64,000 nt of DNA from Bacteroidota bacterium (lineage in GTDB: Bacteria; Bacteroidota; Bacteroidia; J057; JAJTIE01), in contig JAJTIE010000021.1 of assembly GCA_021300195.1 (NCBI GenBank), forward strand, positions 2,120 to 66,119. Reading direction: 5' to 3'. A program made the translations under genes and the position numbers. Positions 18,729 through 29,062 of the stretch are shown here, in pieces. The notes under the pieces are model-generated. The model made no database searches and was not told the DNA's origin. It was given only the letters and a program-made list of their open reading frames with translations. The stretch's first letter is position 1, and the number at the start of each line of letters is the position of its first letter.

Positions 18729-19943
18729 ATGAAACTGCACGAATACCAAGGCAAAGAGCTGCTAGCTCAATATGGCATCCCGATTCAGAAAGGCTTTGTG
18801 GCCGATACCGTAGACCAGGCGGTAGAGGTAGCCCGGAACCTGTATCCCACTACCAATGGCCAGGGGGCAGGCGACCACTTCTATGTAGTAAAGGCGCAGA
18901 TTCATGCCGGAGGCCGTGGCAAAGGCGGCGGGGTGAAGGTAGCCAAGGGCCTGGACAAAATGAAAGAAGTGGCAAGCCAGATACTGGGCATGCAGCTGGT
19001 AACCCATCAAACCGGCCCCGAGGGCAAAAAAGTAAACAAGATTCTGATCGCCGAGGATGTGTTTTACCCCGGCCCCAGCGAGCCCAAAGAGTACTACCTA
19101 TCCATCACCCTGGACCGCACCACCGGGCGAGATGTGATCATGGCTTCCTCCGAGGGGGGCATGGACATAGAAGAGGTGGCCGAAAAGACGCCCGAGAAGA
19201 TCGTGAAGGAGTGGATTGATCCCCTGATCGGCCTGGGAGAATTTCAGGCACGAAAGATTGCCTTCAAGCTTGGCCTCGAGGGGCAGGCCTTCAAGAATGC
19301 TGTACCCTTCATCAAAAAACTGTACCAGGCCTACCAGGGTATAGATGCCAGCCTGCTGGAAATAAACCCGATGCTGAAGGCCAGCGATGACAAGATAATA
19401 GCCGTGGACTGCAAGCTGGACATTGAAGACAATGCCCTGTACCGCCACAAGGACTACCTGGAGCTGCGCGACATAACCGAGGAGGAACCCCTGGAAACCG
19501 AGGCCCGGGCCTATAACCTGAACTACATCAAGCTGGACGGAAACGTGGGCTGCATGGTGAATGGAGCCGGGCTGGCCATGGCTACCATGGACATGATCAA
19601 GCTAAGTGGCGGCGAGCCGGCCAACTTCCTGGACGTGGGCGGTGGCGCAAACCCCCAGACGGTAGAGGCTGCGTTTCGCATCATCCTGAAGGATCCGTCG
19701 GTAAAGGCAATCCTGATCAACATCTTCGGCGGCATTGTGCAGTGCGACCGGGTGGCAAACGGTGTGGTAGAGGCCTATAAGTCCATCGGCGAAATTCCGG
19801 TGCCCATCATCGTGCGCCTGCAGGGCACCAATGCCGACATTGCTGCCGACATTATCCGCAATTCCGGCCTGAAGGTAATTCCGGCTATTGAGCTGCGCGA
19901 GGCTGCCGCCGCCGTAACCAATGCCCTGAAGCAGAGCGTATAG
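18729..19943 (+). CDS. sucC: succinyl-CoA synthetase beta subunit
   Basis: [18 protein letters not shown] from the ATG at 18729. Also NPMLK...DCK and [18 protein letters not shown]. No sucD follows. Confidence 0.95.
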   Translation: MKLHEYQGKELLAQYGIPIQKGFVADTVDQAVEVARNLYPTTNGQGAGDHFYVVKAQIHAGGRGKGGGVKVAKGLDKMKEVASQILGMQLVTHQTGPEGKKVNKILIAEDVFYPGPSEPKEYYLSITLDRTTGRDVIMASSEGGMDIEEVAEKTPEKIVKEWIDPLIGLGEFQARKIAFKLGLEGQAFKNAVPFIKKLYQAYQGIDASLLEINPMLKASDDKIIAVDCKLDIEDNALYRHKDYLELRDITEEEPLETEARAYNLNYIKLDGNVGCMVNGAGLAMATMDMIKLSGGEPANFLDVGGGANPQTVEAAFRIILKDPSVKAILINIFGGIVQCDRVANGVVEAYKSIGEIPVPIIVRLQGTNADIAADIIRNSGLKVIPAIELREAAAAVTNALKQSV

Positions 19944-19978
19944 CCCGCATTCAGCGTATATAGCCCAAAGACTGACCA

Positions 19979-20007
19979 GGAGGAGTAGCAATACTCCTCC
20001 TTTTTTT
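19979..20007 (+). terminator. rho-independent terminator of sucC
   Basis: Stem ggaggagta/tactcctcc (9 bp), loop gcaa, then T7. Confidence 0.7.
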
Positions 20008-20133
20008 GTGCGCACTCCTGGCAGCCTGGCGGTAGCGCAAGATTCATCCAACCCGCAGGCTCAAGTATGGCATGCAGGCGGATTAGGCGGCACGATGGGC
20101 GGGATTCGCGGGTTGCCTACAGGCAAGAGGCCA

Positions 20134-21861
20134 TCATGCAAACGGGTGCGAGCGGCTGCGCAGGCTCAGTGCTGCGAGCAGGCTACTCAATAGTGCGAGG
20201 GCCAGCAGGGTATAAGCATGGGGGAGGTCCAGCAGCAGGTGCCCAATGGCAAGCAGCCAGCTATAGGCCGCCACGATGGAGAGCAACCACCTACCGGCCA
20301 GGCGCAGGGTAGGCAGCCAGCCGGGCCCCCCTGGCCAGCTGCCCATGGGGCGCACACGGGCCTGAAAGGCTGCTAAAACCTTGGGATCTGTACGTGGCCC
20401 CAGCAGGGCCGCCAGCACCCAGCACAGGGTGGTGGCCAGGGCCGTGAGGACAAAAGGGTATGGCGCATGCAGTTCTGGGGCCAGCCAGCGCAGCAGGATC
20501 ATCAGCACGATGGGGGTGGCCATAGCTACCAGCTCAGCCCAGGCATTTACGCGGTGCCAGTACCAGCGGGCTATCAGCACCCCACCCAGCCCAGCGCTGG
20601 CCTCGATGAGGAAGAGAAAAGCCTGGCCGAGCGAGTCCATAAAAAGGGTAACGAACATGCCCACCAGGGCCAGGCCCAGCGTAGCCAGGCGGCCAGCCCC
20701 TACCAGCTGCCTGGCCGAAAGGCCCGGCCGGGCAGGTGCATAGGCATCGTGTATCAGGTAGCTGGCGCCCCAGTTCAGCTGGGTGCTAATGGTGCTCATA
20801 TAGGCTGCCAGAAAGGCCGCAAGCAGCAGACCCCGCAGGCCCTCGGGCAGGAAGTCGCGCATGGCCAGCACATAGCCCAGGCCGGGGTCGTCCAGCTGGG
20901 GGTATAACACCAGGCTGGCCAGGGCTACCAGGATCCACGGCCAGGGGCGCAGGCAGTAGTGCAGAATCTGAAAGATCAGGCTGGCCTGCTGGGCCTGTGC
21001 CTCGCCGCGCGTGGCCATTAGCCGCTGGGCTACATAGCCCCCCCCACCCGGCTCATTGCCCGGGTACCAGGCGGCCCACCACTGTAGCCCAAAGAAGCTG
21101 AGCAAACTAGCCAGGCTGATGCTCAGCACCTGTAGCCCGCTGGCCTGTGCGCCTACCTGTGGGAAGAACCAGAGCGCTGAAGACTGGCCGCTGGCCACCA
21201 GCTGAGCCTTCAGGCCGCTAATACCCCCTATCTGGCTACTGCCTAGCACCAGAAAGGCCAGCACAATGCAGCCCCCCATGGCTAGCAGGAACTGAAAGGC
21301 ATCGGTAAGCACCACACCACGCAGGCCCCCTATGAGTGAGTAGACCGCGGTGAGCAGCAGCAGGCCAAAGGTCCACAGCCGTGCCTCGTCTGCCGCTATG
21401 CCAAAAAGACCCTGAAAGATCTTTACCAGGGCGAGGTTTACCCAGGCCATAATGACTGCATTGAGCAGCAGGCCAAAGTAGATAGCCTTAACTGGGCGCA
21501 GCAGGCGGGCACCTGGCCCACTGTAGCGGATGGAGACCAGCTCCACATCGGTGGTTATCTGGGCGCGGTGCCATAGCCGGGCAAAGAAGAAGGTGGTAAA
21601 CATGCCACCCACCAGCATGTTCCACCACAGCCAGTTTCCACTTATTCCCTGCGTGCGCACCAGCTCAGTCACCAGCAGGGGGGTATCTGCGGCAAAGGTG
21701 GTGGCTACTATGCTGAGGCCAGCCAGCCAGGCGGGCAGCTGCCGTCCGCCCAGAAAAAACTCGCCCATACTACGCCCACTCTGCCTACTGGCATAGAGGG
21801 CTATACCCAGGCTCGCACCTACAAATGCAAGCAGAATGATCCAGTCCCAGATGGTAATCAT
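20134..21861 (-). CDS. sodium:solute symporter (SSF) family transporter
   Basis: Start at the ATG at 21861 (MITIWDWIILLAF...). GEFFLGGRQLPAWLAGLSIVATTFAADTPL is the SSF N-terminal signature. More than 12 TM segments. Confidence 0.85.
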   Translation of the reverse strand: MITIWDWIILLAFVGASLGIALYASRQSGRSMGEFFLGGRQLPAWLAGLSIVATTFAADTPLLVTELVRTQGISGNWLWWNMLVGGMFTTFFFARLWHRAQITTDVELVSIRYSGPGARLLRPVKAIYFGLLLNAVIMAWVNLALVKIFQGLFGIAADEARLWTFGLLLLTAVYSLIGGLRGVVLTDAFQFLLAMGGCIVLAFLVLGSSQIGGISGLKAQLVASGQSSALWFFPQVGAQASGLQVLSISLASLLSFFGLQWWAAWYPGNEPGGGGYVAQRLMATRGEAQAQQASLIFQILHYCLRPWPWILVALASLVLYPQLDDPGLGYVLAMRDFLPEGLRGLLLAAFLAAYMSTISTQLNWGASYLIHDAYAPARPGLSARQLVGAGRLATLGLALVGMFVTLFMDSLGQAFLFLIEASAGLGGVLIARWYWHRVNAWAELVAMATPIVLMILLRWLAPELHAPYPFVLTALATTLCWVLAALLGPRTDPKVLAAFQARVRPMGSWPGGPGWLPTLRLAGRWLLSIVAAYSWLLAIGHLLLDLPHAYTLLALALLSSLLAALSLRSRSHPFA

Positions 21862-21878
21862 AGGCCCTAATATGACAC

Positions 21879-21915
21879 AAAAAAAGGGGACAGCTGTCCC
21901 CCTTTTTGTTTTTTT
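21879..21915 (-). terminator. bidirectional-type terminator downstream of the DUF1573 gene
   Basis: Self-complementary ggggacagctgtcccc, flanked by A7 on one side and T5gT7 on the other. Confidence 0.55.
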
Positions 21916-22015
21916 GTATCGGCCTGCATCCTGGTGCTTAGGAGCAAGGCTACATTCAGCGCTCAGCACATGTGTGGGCCAAACGGCTCATTGTGGCGGC
22001 TCCCGTTACCAGCCC

Positions 22016-23197
22016 TTAGTGGCTGTGGCCATCGTGGTTGCTATGGCCTTCTTCGCTCTCGGCACCCTCTTTCTCGATATTGCTCTTGATAACGAGGTTT
22101 ATGACAGACTTGTCGGGGTCATTAGTTACCACCGTGATGCTTTTTTGCTGCTCACCACTTTTGCCAGAGGGGTTGAAGGTTACTACAATCTCGCTGCTTT
22201 CGCCCGGTGCCAGGGTAGTCTTGGTGGGGGTGGGGGCAGTGCAGCCGCAGCTAGCCTTTACCTTGCGTATCAGCAGCTCGCTCTTGCCCGTATTGGTAAA
22301 GGCGAACTTGTGGGTTACAGGGGTGGTAGCACCTATCTTTCCGAAGTCGTGGCTCTCTTCGGCAAAGCGTATATGGGCGGCATTTGCCTTCTGTGCCTCG
22401 GTCATGGCAGAGAAGTCTTCCTCAATCTTGGCCGAAACGTACAGGCGCTTCTGTGGGCGGTCGCTGTCGTTGGTTTCGATGGTGACGTTGTCGTGGATGA
22501 AATCCCAGTCATTTATTTTGCTGGCATCATAGGTAACCGTTACCTGCACAGAGTCTTTCGCCTTTACCACGGTTCCGTTGGCAATGCTCAGGCGGATATG
22601 CGTGGGGAGGGTAATGGTTTGGAGGGTTACATCCTTCTCACCCTGGTTGTATATCTTCATGCTTTGGGTCTTCTGCTTACCAGGCTGGGTGGTGCCAAAG
22701 GCTACGTGGTTGGTAGTATAGCGCAGGCTGCCATCCTCGAATGGGTAGAAGTCAGCTATCCCCTTGGGGCGGGCTGCAATATCGCCCTTAATGGTCAGCA
22801 CCTTGGTGTCTACCAGGTTGTTATCTACGGCATTGCCCTCTTTATCCACGTTATCTGCCGTGGTGGCCCGCACGCTTATGGTTTTATTGAAGGCACCGGG
22901 CTTAACGTTGTAGCTGGCCTTTATGCTGCCCTTGGCACCCGGGGCCACTACTTCTTTCGTCCAGGTAGGGGTGGTGCAGCCACAGCTCGCCTTTACATAC
23001 ACCAGCTGCACCGGCTTGGTGCTTGTGTTGGTAAATTCGAACTCATGCTCGGGATTACCACCTTCCTCCTTCAGGTTTCCGAAGTCGTGGGTTTCGTTGT
23101 TAAACTTGATCAGATTGTTCTGGGCAAATAGGCCGCCCACAGCGAAGAGCAAGACAAAACAAGTAGCAAATACTTTTTTCATCATGGTATACATCAT
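22016..23197 (-). CDS. DUF1573 (ASCGCT-motif) repeat protein with His-rich C-terminal tail
   Basis: Signal peptide present. Two copies of F.FTNTG/S....KASCGCT.PTW/PT with a CGC-less middle domain. The tail is EEGHSNHDGHSH. Confidence 0.8.
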   Translation of the reverse strand: MMYTMMKKVFATCFVLLFAVGGLFAQNNLIKFNNETHDFGNLKEEGGNPEHEFEFTNTSTKPVQLVYVKASCGCTTPTWTKEVVAPGAKGSIKASYNVKPGAFNKTISVRATTADNVDKEGNAVDNNLVDTKVLTIKGDIAARPKGIADFYPFEDGSLRYTTNHVAFGTTQPGKQKTQSMKIYNQGEKDVTLQTITLPTHIRLSIANGTVVKAKDSVQVTVTYDASKINDWDFIHDNVTIETNDSDRPQKRLYVSAKIEEDFSAMTEAQKANAAHIRFAEESHDFGKIGATTPVTHKFAFTNTGKSELLIRKVKASCGCTAPTPTKTTLAPGESSEIVVTFNPSGKSGEQQKSITVVTNDPDKSVINLVIKSNIEKEGAESEEGHSNHDGHSH

Positions 23198-23236
23198 TTT
23201 GGTACGAATAAAAGAACTGAGTTTGGTTACAAAAAA

Positions 23237-24877
23237 TTACAGACAGGGTGAATTTACACTTTTTTCTATAAACAGCAGGTACAGGCGTGCCGCTTTTGCT
23301 TCCTGGCGGTAGGGGTTTCGTCTATCTTCTTCCACGGCACGGGTCAGGAATCGCTTGGCGGTGCATAGGTCTTTCTGCTCATAGTACAGCAGGCCCAGCT
23401 GCTCATAGGCCTGCACATCGGTGGGGTCTATTGCCAGGGCTTGCTCATAGTCAGATTTTGCCTGTTCTGGCTTTTTCAGGGCCTGGTAGGCCATTCCCCG
23501 CTTCAGGTAGGCCGTGTACTTTTCGCGCTGGCCCGGCTCGGGCTGCTGCAGGGCTTGGTCAAAACGGGCAATGGCATCCACATAGGCAGCCTGCCCCAGG
23601 TACCACTCACCCAGGCTCACATAGCCCATGGCCATGTAGGGGTCCTCTGCTATGGCTGCTTCCAGGTCTGCTTTGCTTTCGCGCATATGGCCACTCTCCA
23701 GCATAGTAAAACCCCGATTATTCAAAATGAGTGCCCGGCTCTCCACATCTGGGTTTTGCAGGGCCTGGCTATACACCTCCAGGCTGCGGTGGTCCTCGCC
23801 CAGCCTGCCCCAGGCAAAGCCGTAGTTCACCCAGCCGGCCGGATAGTCTGGCTTGTAGCGGAAGCACAGCTCGTAATTTAGCACCGCCTCCTCCCAGTGC
23901 TCCAGCTGGATGTGCAGCTCGCCCAGGCGTGCGTAGGCGCGGTAGTCCTCTGGCATCAGGTCTCGCGCCAGCGATAGGTCTAGCAGGGCCTGTTCGTAGT
24001 CATTCAGCATCATGCAGGCATTGCCCCGGCTCAGGTACACTTGGTGCACCAGCTCGCGGTTCAGGTCTGTGTAGCGGGGATCCTGCTGCTCCAGCCTGCG
24101 CACTTCGGCTTGTGCATGGTTCAGGTAGCCCATGGCCTGCAGATACTGGCCATTTTGGTAGTAGCTGTTGCCCAGGTTTGTCAGGCTGGCGGGGTCGCTG
24201 CCAGCCGGGTCTACCAGCCTGCCCATCAGCTGGCGGGTTTCCTCGCCCCGGCCCAGCTCATTCAGGGTTAGCACCTTGCGCTCCAGGTAGGTTTTATCTT
24301 CTTCTGCCCCCTCGGGGCTTAGGGCCATGGCCTGCTCTATATCGGCCAGTGCGGCCTCATACTGCTGCATGCGGTAGTGCACCAGGTGCCGCAGGTAGTA
24401 GGCATAGTCGCTGTCGGGCTTCAGGCTTACGTATACCTCCAGGGCCTGCAGGGCTTCGGGGTACGACTGGGTGGCCATGTAGGCCAGGCCCAGTATGTTG
24501 TAGGCCGTGGTGTGCCGGGGCTGTAGCGCCAGGCACTGCTGCGCCGCCTGTATGGCACTGCCCTGCTCTCCCAGCTGGTAGTAGGCACGGGCCTGCTGTG
24601 CGTACAGGTCTGCGGCATAGCGGCAGCCGGGCACATCCAGGCCCTGCTGCGCACACTGTAGGGCCTGCCGGTATCGGCTTAGCTCGATCAGTGTGGTAGT
24701 CATGTAGAAGTAAACCAGGTCTCCGGGCTGCCGGGCTGCCTCCGCCTCGTACAGGGCGAGCCGGGCTGCGGGGTCTGGCTCCTGCCGCGCCTGGGCCAGC
24801 CACGCCTGCCCCCTGCTGTAGTGCCCGGGGCACGCAGCCACCACCGCCAAGTATACCCACAGCCAACGCATGTACAA
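23237..24877 (-). CDS. TPR-repeat protein
   Basis: 546 aa of consecutive TPR-like units (A..YY..G.......A...). N-terminal signal or anchor. Confidence 0.8.
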   Translation of the reverse strand: MYMRWLWVYLAVVAACPGHYSRGQAWLAQARQEPDPAARLALYEAEAARQPGDLVYFYMTTTLIELSRYRQALQCAQQGLDVPGCRYAADLYAQQARAYYQLGEQGSAIQAAQQCLALQPRHTTAYNILGLAYMATQSYPEALQALEVYVSLKPDSDYAYYLRHLVHYRMQQYEAALADIEQAMALSPEGAEEDKTYLERKVLTLNELGRGEETRQLMGRLVDPAGSDPASLTNLGNSYYQNGQYLQAMGYLNHAQAEVRRLEQQDPRYTDLNRELVHQVYLSRGNACMMLNDYEQALLDLSLARDLMPEDYRAYARLGELHIQLEHWEEAVLNYELCFRYKPDYPAGWVNYGFAWGRLGEDHRSLEVYSQALQNPDVESRALILNNRGFTMLESGHMRESKADLEAAIAEDPYMAMGYVSLGEWYLGQAAYVDAIARFDQALQQPEPGQREKYTAYLKRGMAYQALKKPEQAKSDYEQALAIDPTDVQAYEQLGLLYYEQKDLCTAKRFLTRAVEEDRRNPYRQEAKAARLYLLFIEKSVNSPCL

Positions 24878-24907
24878 AGATAGGGCTGCTTATGCTTTAG
24901 GCCAGGC

Positions 24908-25216
24908 CTAGGCCATGTAGGGCCGTAGTTCCTGCTCCAGGGCACCTAGCGGCAGTGCACCCGACTTTCGCCACCGGATCTTCCCCTTGTCGAACAGGAG
25001 CAGGGTGGGAATGCTCTGTATCTGGTAATGCTGGGCGGCCCGGGGGTTTTCGTCTACGTTCACCTTTACGATCGTCAGGCTGCCCTTGTGCTTGCTAGCC
25101 AGCTCTTTCAGTACCGGGTTCATCGCCTTGCAGGGGCCACACCAGTCGGCCCAAAAGTCTACCAGCACGGGGTGATCGCTCTGGTTGATGATATCTACAA
25201 ATGTCTTTTTTGCCAC
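24908..25216 (-). CDS. trxA: thioredoxin
   Basis: 102 aa with the active site FWADWCGPCK. Confidence 0.95.
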   Translation of the reverse strand: MAKKTFVDIINQSDHPVLVDFWADWCGPCKAMNPVLKELASKHKGSLTIVKVNVDENPRAAQHYQIQSIPTLLLFDKGKIRWRKSGALPLGALEQELRPYMA

Positions 25217-25403
25217 GTTCTTTCTATTTTGTTGGAATTACAACAAAAAATCATTCCATCCTGGTTCCGAAAATCCCGGGGCCGGGCAGCCCCCTTTATC
25301 CCGTAGGCCGATGCCCGATCGCCTAATCCTGTACGCCGGGCGCTGGGGCACGCTGCGTGCCGGCCTGCGCATTTTTCAACTTTTTTAGTGGCTTTCTTCT
25401 CTC

Positions 25404-25411
25404 TATATTTG
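25404..25411 (+). promoter_or_regulatory. candidate -7 box TATATTTG upstream of nuoM-like gene
   Basis: Perfect TAnnTTTG 22 nt before the ATG at 25433, with a T-rich stretch about 20 nt upstream. Confidence 0.35.
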
Positions 25412-25432
25412 GGCCGAATAAAACGTAACCCT

Positions 25433-27022
25433 ATGGTAAACGAGGATTTCTACCATCTGCTGCTAAACCTGATGCTGTTTGTGCCCCTGCTGGGCATAGC
25501 CGTGCTGCTGGCACTACCCAAAGCATCGGCCAAATATGTGGCACTTGTTTTTTCGCTGGTCTCCTTTGTGCTCAGCCTGGTGGTGTTCAAGGGCTACCTG
25601 GCCGTTAGCGGCCAGCAGCTAAGTGCCCAGGATGGTGGCTATGTGTTTTACCGAGCCTTCGAGATGGCCCAGGGTACTTTCCTGGAAGGATATGACATCA
25701 AGTACATACTGGGCATAGATGGCATTAGCATCTACCTCATCCTGCTTACTACCCTGCTCTTTCCGCTCAGCATCTGGTTCAGCTTCTCCAGTGTGCACAA
25801 GATGGACAAAGGCTACTATGCGCTGCTGCTGCTGCTCATGACCTCGGTAATGGGGGTATTCATGAGCCTGGACCTGGTGCTGTTCTACATCTTCTTCGAG
25901 CTGGGGCTGATCCCCATGTACTTCCTGATCGGCATCTGGGGGGGGAAAGACCGCATTTACGCCGCGCTCAAGTTTTTCCTCTACACCCTGGCGGGCTCGG
26001 TGCTGCTGCTACTGGCCGTTATCTACCTGGGGCTGAAGGTAGGGCCGCATGTGTCGCCCGACCTTCTGTTTACCTCCGACCTGTCCACCCTGATGCATTA
26101 CCTGTTCGATCCAGGCTCGCCCGCCGCCCTCAGCTGGAACGAGCAGTATTGGCTCTTCCTGGGCTTTGCCATCAGCTTTGCTATTAAGGTTCCGGTGTTT
26201 CCGGTGCACACCTGGCTGCCAGATGCCCACGTACAGGCCCCCACGGCCGGATCTGTTATCCTGGCAGGCGTACTGCTCAAGATGGGCACCTACGGCCTCA
26301 TCCGCTTCTGCCTGCCCCTCTTCCCCGAGGCCAGTGCCTACTTTGCACCAGCTGCCAGCATCCTGGCCCTTATCGGAATCATCTACGGCGCTATGGCCGC
26401 TATGGTTCAGACGGATATCAAGAAGCTGGTGGCCTATAGCTCGGTGGCCCACATGGGCTTTGTGGTGCTGGGCATCTTTGCCATGACAGCCGAGGCCATG
26501 AGCGGGGCTGTGCTACAGATGGTAAACCACGGCATCAGTACCGGTGCGCTCTTCCTGATTGTGGGCATGATCTACGACCGCCGCCACACCCGCGAGATCA
26601 AAGACTTCCAGGGCATAGCCAAGCAGATGCCTATTTTCACACTCTTCTTCATGATTGCCACCATGAGCAGCATAGGCCTGCCGGGCTTGAATGGCTTTGT
26701 GGGCGAGTTCCTCATCCTGCTGGGCAGCTTTGGCAGTGGGCTGATGGAACGCTGGGTAATCGTGGTAGCCACCACCGGGGTAATTCTGGCTGCGGTATAC
26801 ATGCTGTGGATGTTCCGCCGTGTCATGTTTGGCACCCTGGACAAAGAGGAGAACAAGACACTACAGGACCTGAATGGCACCGAAATTGCCATACTGATTC
26901 CGCTCACGGTGCTGATGTTCGTCATAGGCTTCCATGCCACCCCTTTCCTGGAGCAAATCAACGTTAGCAGCGACTATGTGGTCCGGCTGGTAAATGACAG
27001 CCTGAGCAACTACGGCGGCTAA
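25433..27022 (+). CDS. nuoM: NADH-quinone oxidoreductase chain M-like antiporter subunit
   Basis: Start at the ATG at 25433. Contains FYIFFELGLIPMYFLIGIWGG, WLPDAHVQAPTAGSVILAGVLLKMGTYG and SSVAHMGF, which are NuoM/ND4 signatures. No other nuo gene is in the window. Confidence 0.85.
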   Translation: MVNEDFYHLLLNLMLFVPLLGIAVLLALPKASAKYVALVFSLVSFVLSLVVFKGYLAVSGQQLSAQDGGYVFYRAFEMAQGTFLEGYDIKYILGIDGISIYLILLTTLLFPLSIWFSFSSVHKMDKGYYALLLLLMTSVMGVFMSLDLVLFYIFFELGLIPMYFLIGIWGGKDRIYAALKFFLYTLAGSVLLLLAVIYLGLKVGPHVSPDLLFTSDLSTLMHYLFDPGSPAALSWNEQYWLFLGFAISFAIKVPVFPVHTWLPDAHVQAPTAGSVILAGVLLKMGTYGLIRFCLPLFPEASAYFAPAASILALIGIIYGAMAAMVQTDIKKLVAYSSVAHMGFVVLGIFAMTAEAMSGAVLQMVNHGISTGALFLIVGMIYDRRHTREIKDFQGIAKQMPIFTLFFMIATMSSIGLPGLNGFVGEFLILLGSFGSGLMERWVIVVATTGVILAAVYMLWMFRRVMFGTLDKEENKTLQDLNGTEIAILIPLTVLMFVIGFHATPFLEQINVSSDYVVRLVNDSLSNYGG

Positions 27023-27212
27023 GACGGCGACTAAACGCCTGGTACAAAGACATGTGCCAAGCAAGCTACCGGGCACAGTATTGAGACAGTGCTGCGATCC
27101 CAAAACCTGGTGCACCCGCCCGCCCGCTGGTAAATAGTGCGGCAACCAAGCGCCCAACCTGCCTGGCCTACAGGCTAGCGACCCGACACACACCTATTAA
27201 AAGACACATTCC

Positions 27213-28052
27213 ATGAAGACCCTAGCCCTGGATGTACTGAAAGCCCAAATACAGGCCGTGTGGGCAGACCGCAGCCTGCTGGAGCAGCCCGAATACCGCC
27301 AGGCCATAGAGGCCGTGGTAGAGGCCCTGGACAAGGGGCTACTACGCACCGCCCAGCCAGTGCCCGACACAGAAAAGGGCTGGCAGGTAAATGACTGGGT
27401 GAAACAGGCCGTCATCCTGTACTTCCCCATTCGGCAGATGGAGACCCTGGAGTGCCCCCCATTCGAGTTTCATGACAAGATCCCCCTAAAGCGCGACTAC
27501 GCCAGCCAGGGGGTGCGCGTGGTGCCCCACGCCCTGGCACGCCACGGCAGTTTCCTGGCACGCGGGGTCATCCTGATGCCCAGCTACGTAAACATAGGTG
27601 CCTATGTGGACGAGGGAACCATGGTAGACACCTGGGCCACGGTGGGCAGCTGTGCCCAGATAGGCAAACGCGTGCACCTGAGCGGCGGGGTGGGTATAGG
27701 TGGCGTGCTAGAGCCAGTACAGGCAGCCCCGGTTATCATCGAGGATGACTGCTTTATTGGTAGCCGCTGTATTGTGGTAGAGGGCGTACACGTACGCCGA
27801 GAGGCCGTACTGGGCGCAAATGTGGTGCTGACGGCCAGTACCCGCATCATAGACGTAAGCGGCCCCGAGCCCATAGAATACCGGGGCGAGGTGCCCGAAC
27901 GGGCAGTGGTGATACCGGGTAGCCTCCCCAAGGCATTCGCGGCGGGCACCTACCAGGTACCCTGCGCCCTTATCATTGGCCGCCGAACCGAAAGCACCGA
28001 CAAAAAGACCAGCCTGAACGATGCCCTGCGCACGCACAACGTGGCAGTATAA
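27213..28052 (+). CDS. dapD: tetrahydrodipicolinate N-succinyltransferase
   Basis: 279 aa with hexapeptide-repeat left-handed helix segments (GAYVDEGTMVDTWATVGSCAQIGKRVHLSGGVGIGG). Confidence 0.9.
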   Translation: MKTLALDVLKAQIQAVWADRSLLEQPEYRQAIEAVVEALDKGLLRTAQPVPDTEKGWQVNDWVKQAVILYFPIRQMETLECPPFEFHDKIPLKRDYASQGVRVVPHALARHGSFLARGVILMPSYVNIGAYVDEGTMVDTWATVGSCAQIGKRVHLSGGVGIGGVLEPVQAAPVIIEDDCFIGSRCIVVEGVHVRREAVLGANVVLTASTRIIDVSGPEPIEYRGEVPERAVVIPGSLPKAFAAGTYQVPCALIIGRRTESTDKKTSLNDALRTHNVAV

Positions 28053-28166
28053 AGAAATGCGCGGATCGCGATCCCCCCGGAGAGGACCACACCCATCTTT
28101 CCGCCACAGTTTATCCACCACAGAGGTGCGGGAAATGCACTCGATCAACCCTGAAACCGGTACATC

Positions 28167-29060
28167 ATGCAGTTATTCCAAAAGCTATTCCTAAGCAAAC
28201 CGAACCTGGAAGCAAGCACACAGCCGGTGATATGCCTGCTGTATGACCGGCTGCCGACCCTGAACCTGGAGGTAGCCCTGCAGGCCCTGGACAGCTTTGA
28301 GCCTATGGCCGAAAAGCCCCTGCTGCGGATAGAGCAAGACCTGAAAACCGGCAGTATGCTTTTTGCTACTGTAAGCTGGGAGGCGCATACCATCCACATA
28401 GGCGGGCTACCCAGCCCCCTGCCCCCTGCCGTGGTAGAGCGCTGCATCATCCCCAGCCCCTGGAACCCCGCCTGGAAGGAGATGGCCCAGAGCCATGGTG
28501 CCAACCTCATCCTGCTGTATGAGGGAAAGGCCCACGACACCGTGGAGCAGTACCTGGCCCTGTACAAGGTGGCGGCAGCCCTGCGCACCGATGGAACCCT
28601 GGCTGTGGTAAACGAGCCAGCCTGGACCTGCCATCCGGTGGAGATCGTAGACCAAATCCTGGATCCGCACTTCCTGCCCATGGTGCGCCACAGCCCCCCG
28701 CTGGTGTACTGGACGGGCCTGCTGAGTGTGGACTGGCAGGAAGAGCAGTGGCTCATTACACGGGGCAACCGCCTGTTTCGCCTGCCAGAGCTGGCCTGGC
28801 CCGTGGATGAACTGACCGACCCCATGGAGGTGCTGAATACCCTGCACGAGATAGCGCTGTACTTCTACTTCGAAGGCAAGGACCTGCATGCCGGAGACCT
28901 GCTGAACATAGACGAGCAGAACTATTTTACCTTCAAGCACCTAGGCGAGGCCAGGGCCAGCCTGGAAAGCCATGGCGCCACCCTGGTGGTAGAGCGTGTA
29001 CACGCCGATGAGGCCGAAACACTGATGGAACAGGATACCGACAATCAAGAAACCTACTAA
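28167..29060 (+). CDS. hypothetical protein
   Basis: 297 aa, acidic C-terminus, no motif I can name with confidence. Confidence 0.5.
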   Translation: MQLFQKLFLSKPNLEASTQPVICLLYDRLPTLNLEVALQALDSFEPMAEKPLLRIEQDLKTGSMLFATVSWEAHTIHIGGLPSPLPPAVVERCIIPSPWNPAWKEMAQSHGANLILLYEGKAHDTVEQYLALYKVAAALRTDGTLAVVNEPAWTCHPVEIVDQILDPHFLPMVRHSPPLVYWTGLLSVDWQEEQWLITRGNRLFRLPELAWPVDELTDPMEVLNTLHEIALYFYFEGKDLHAGDLLNIDEQNYFTFKHLGEARASLESHGATLVVERVHADEAETLMEQDTDNQETY

Positions 29061-29062
29061 CC

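Noticed and set aside
25433-27022. Could the orphan NuoM-like gene be the DabB half of a DabAB CO2-uptake system?
   Set aside because: DabB is normally adjacent to a large DUF2309 (DabA) gene, and none is present on either side. The sequence looks like canonical chain M.
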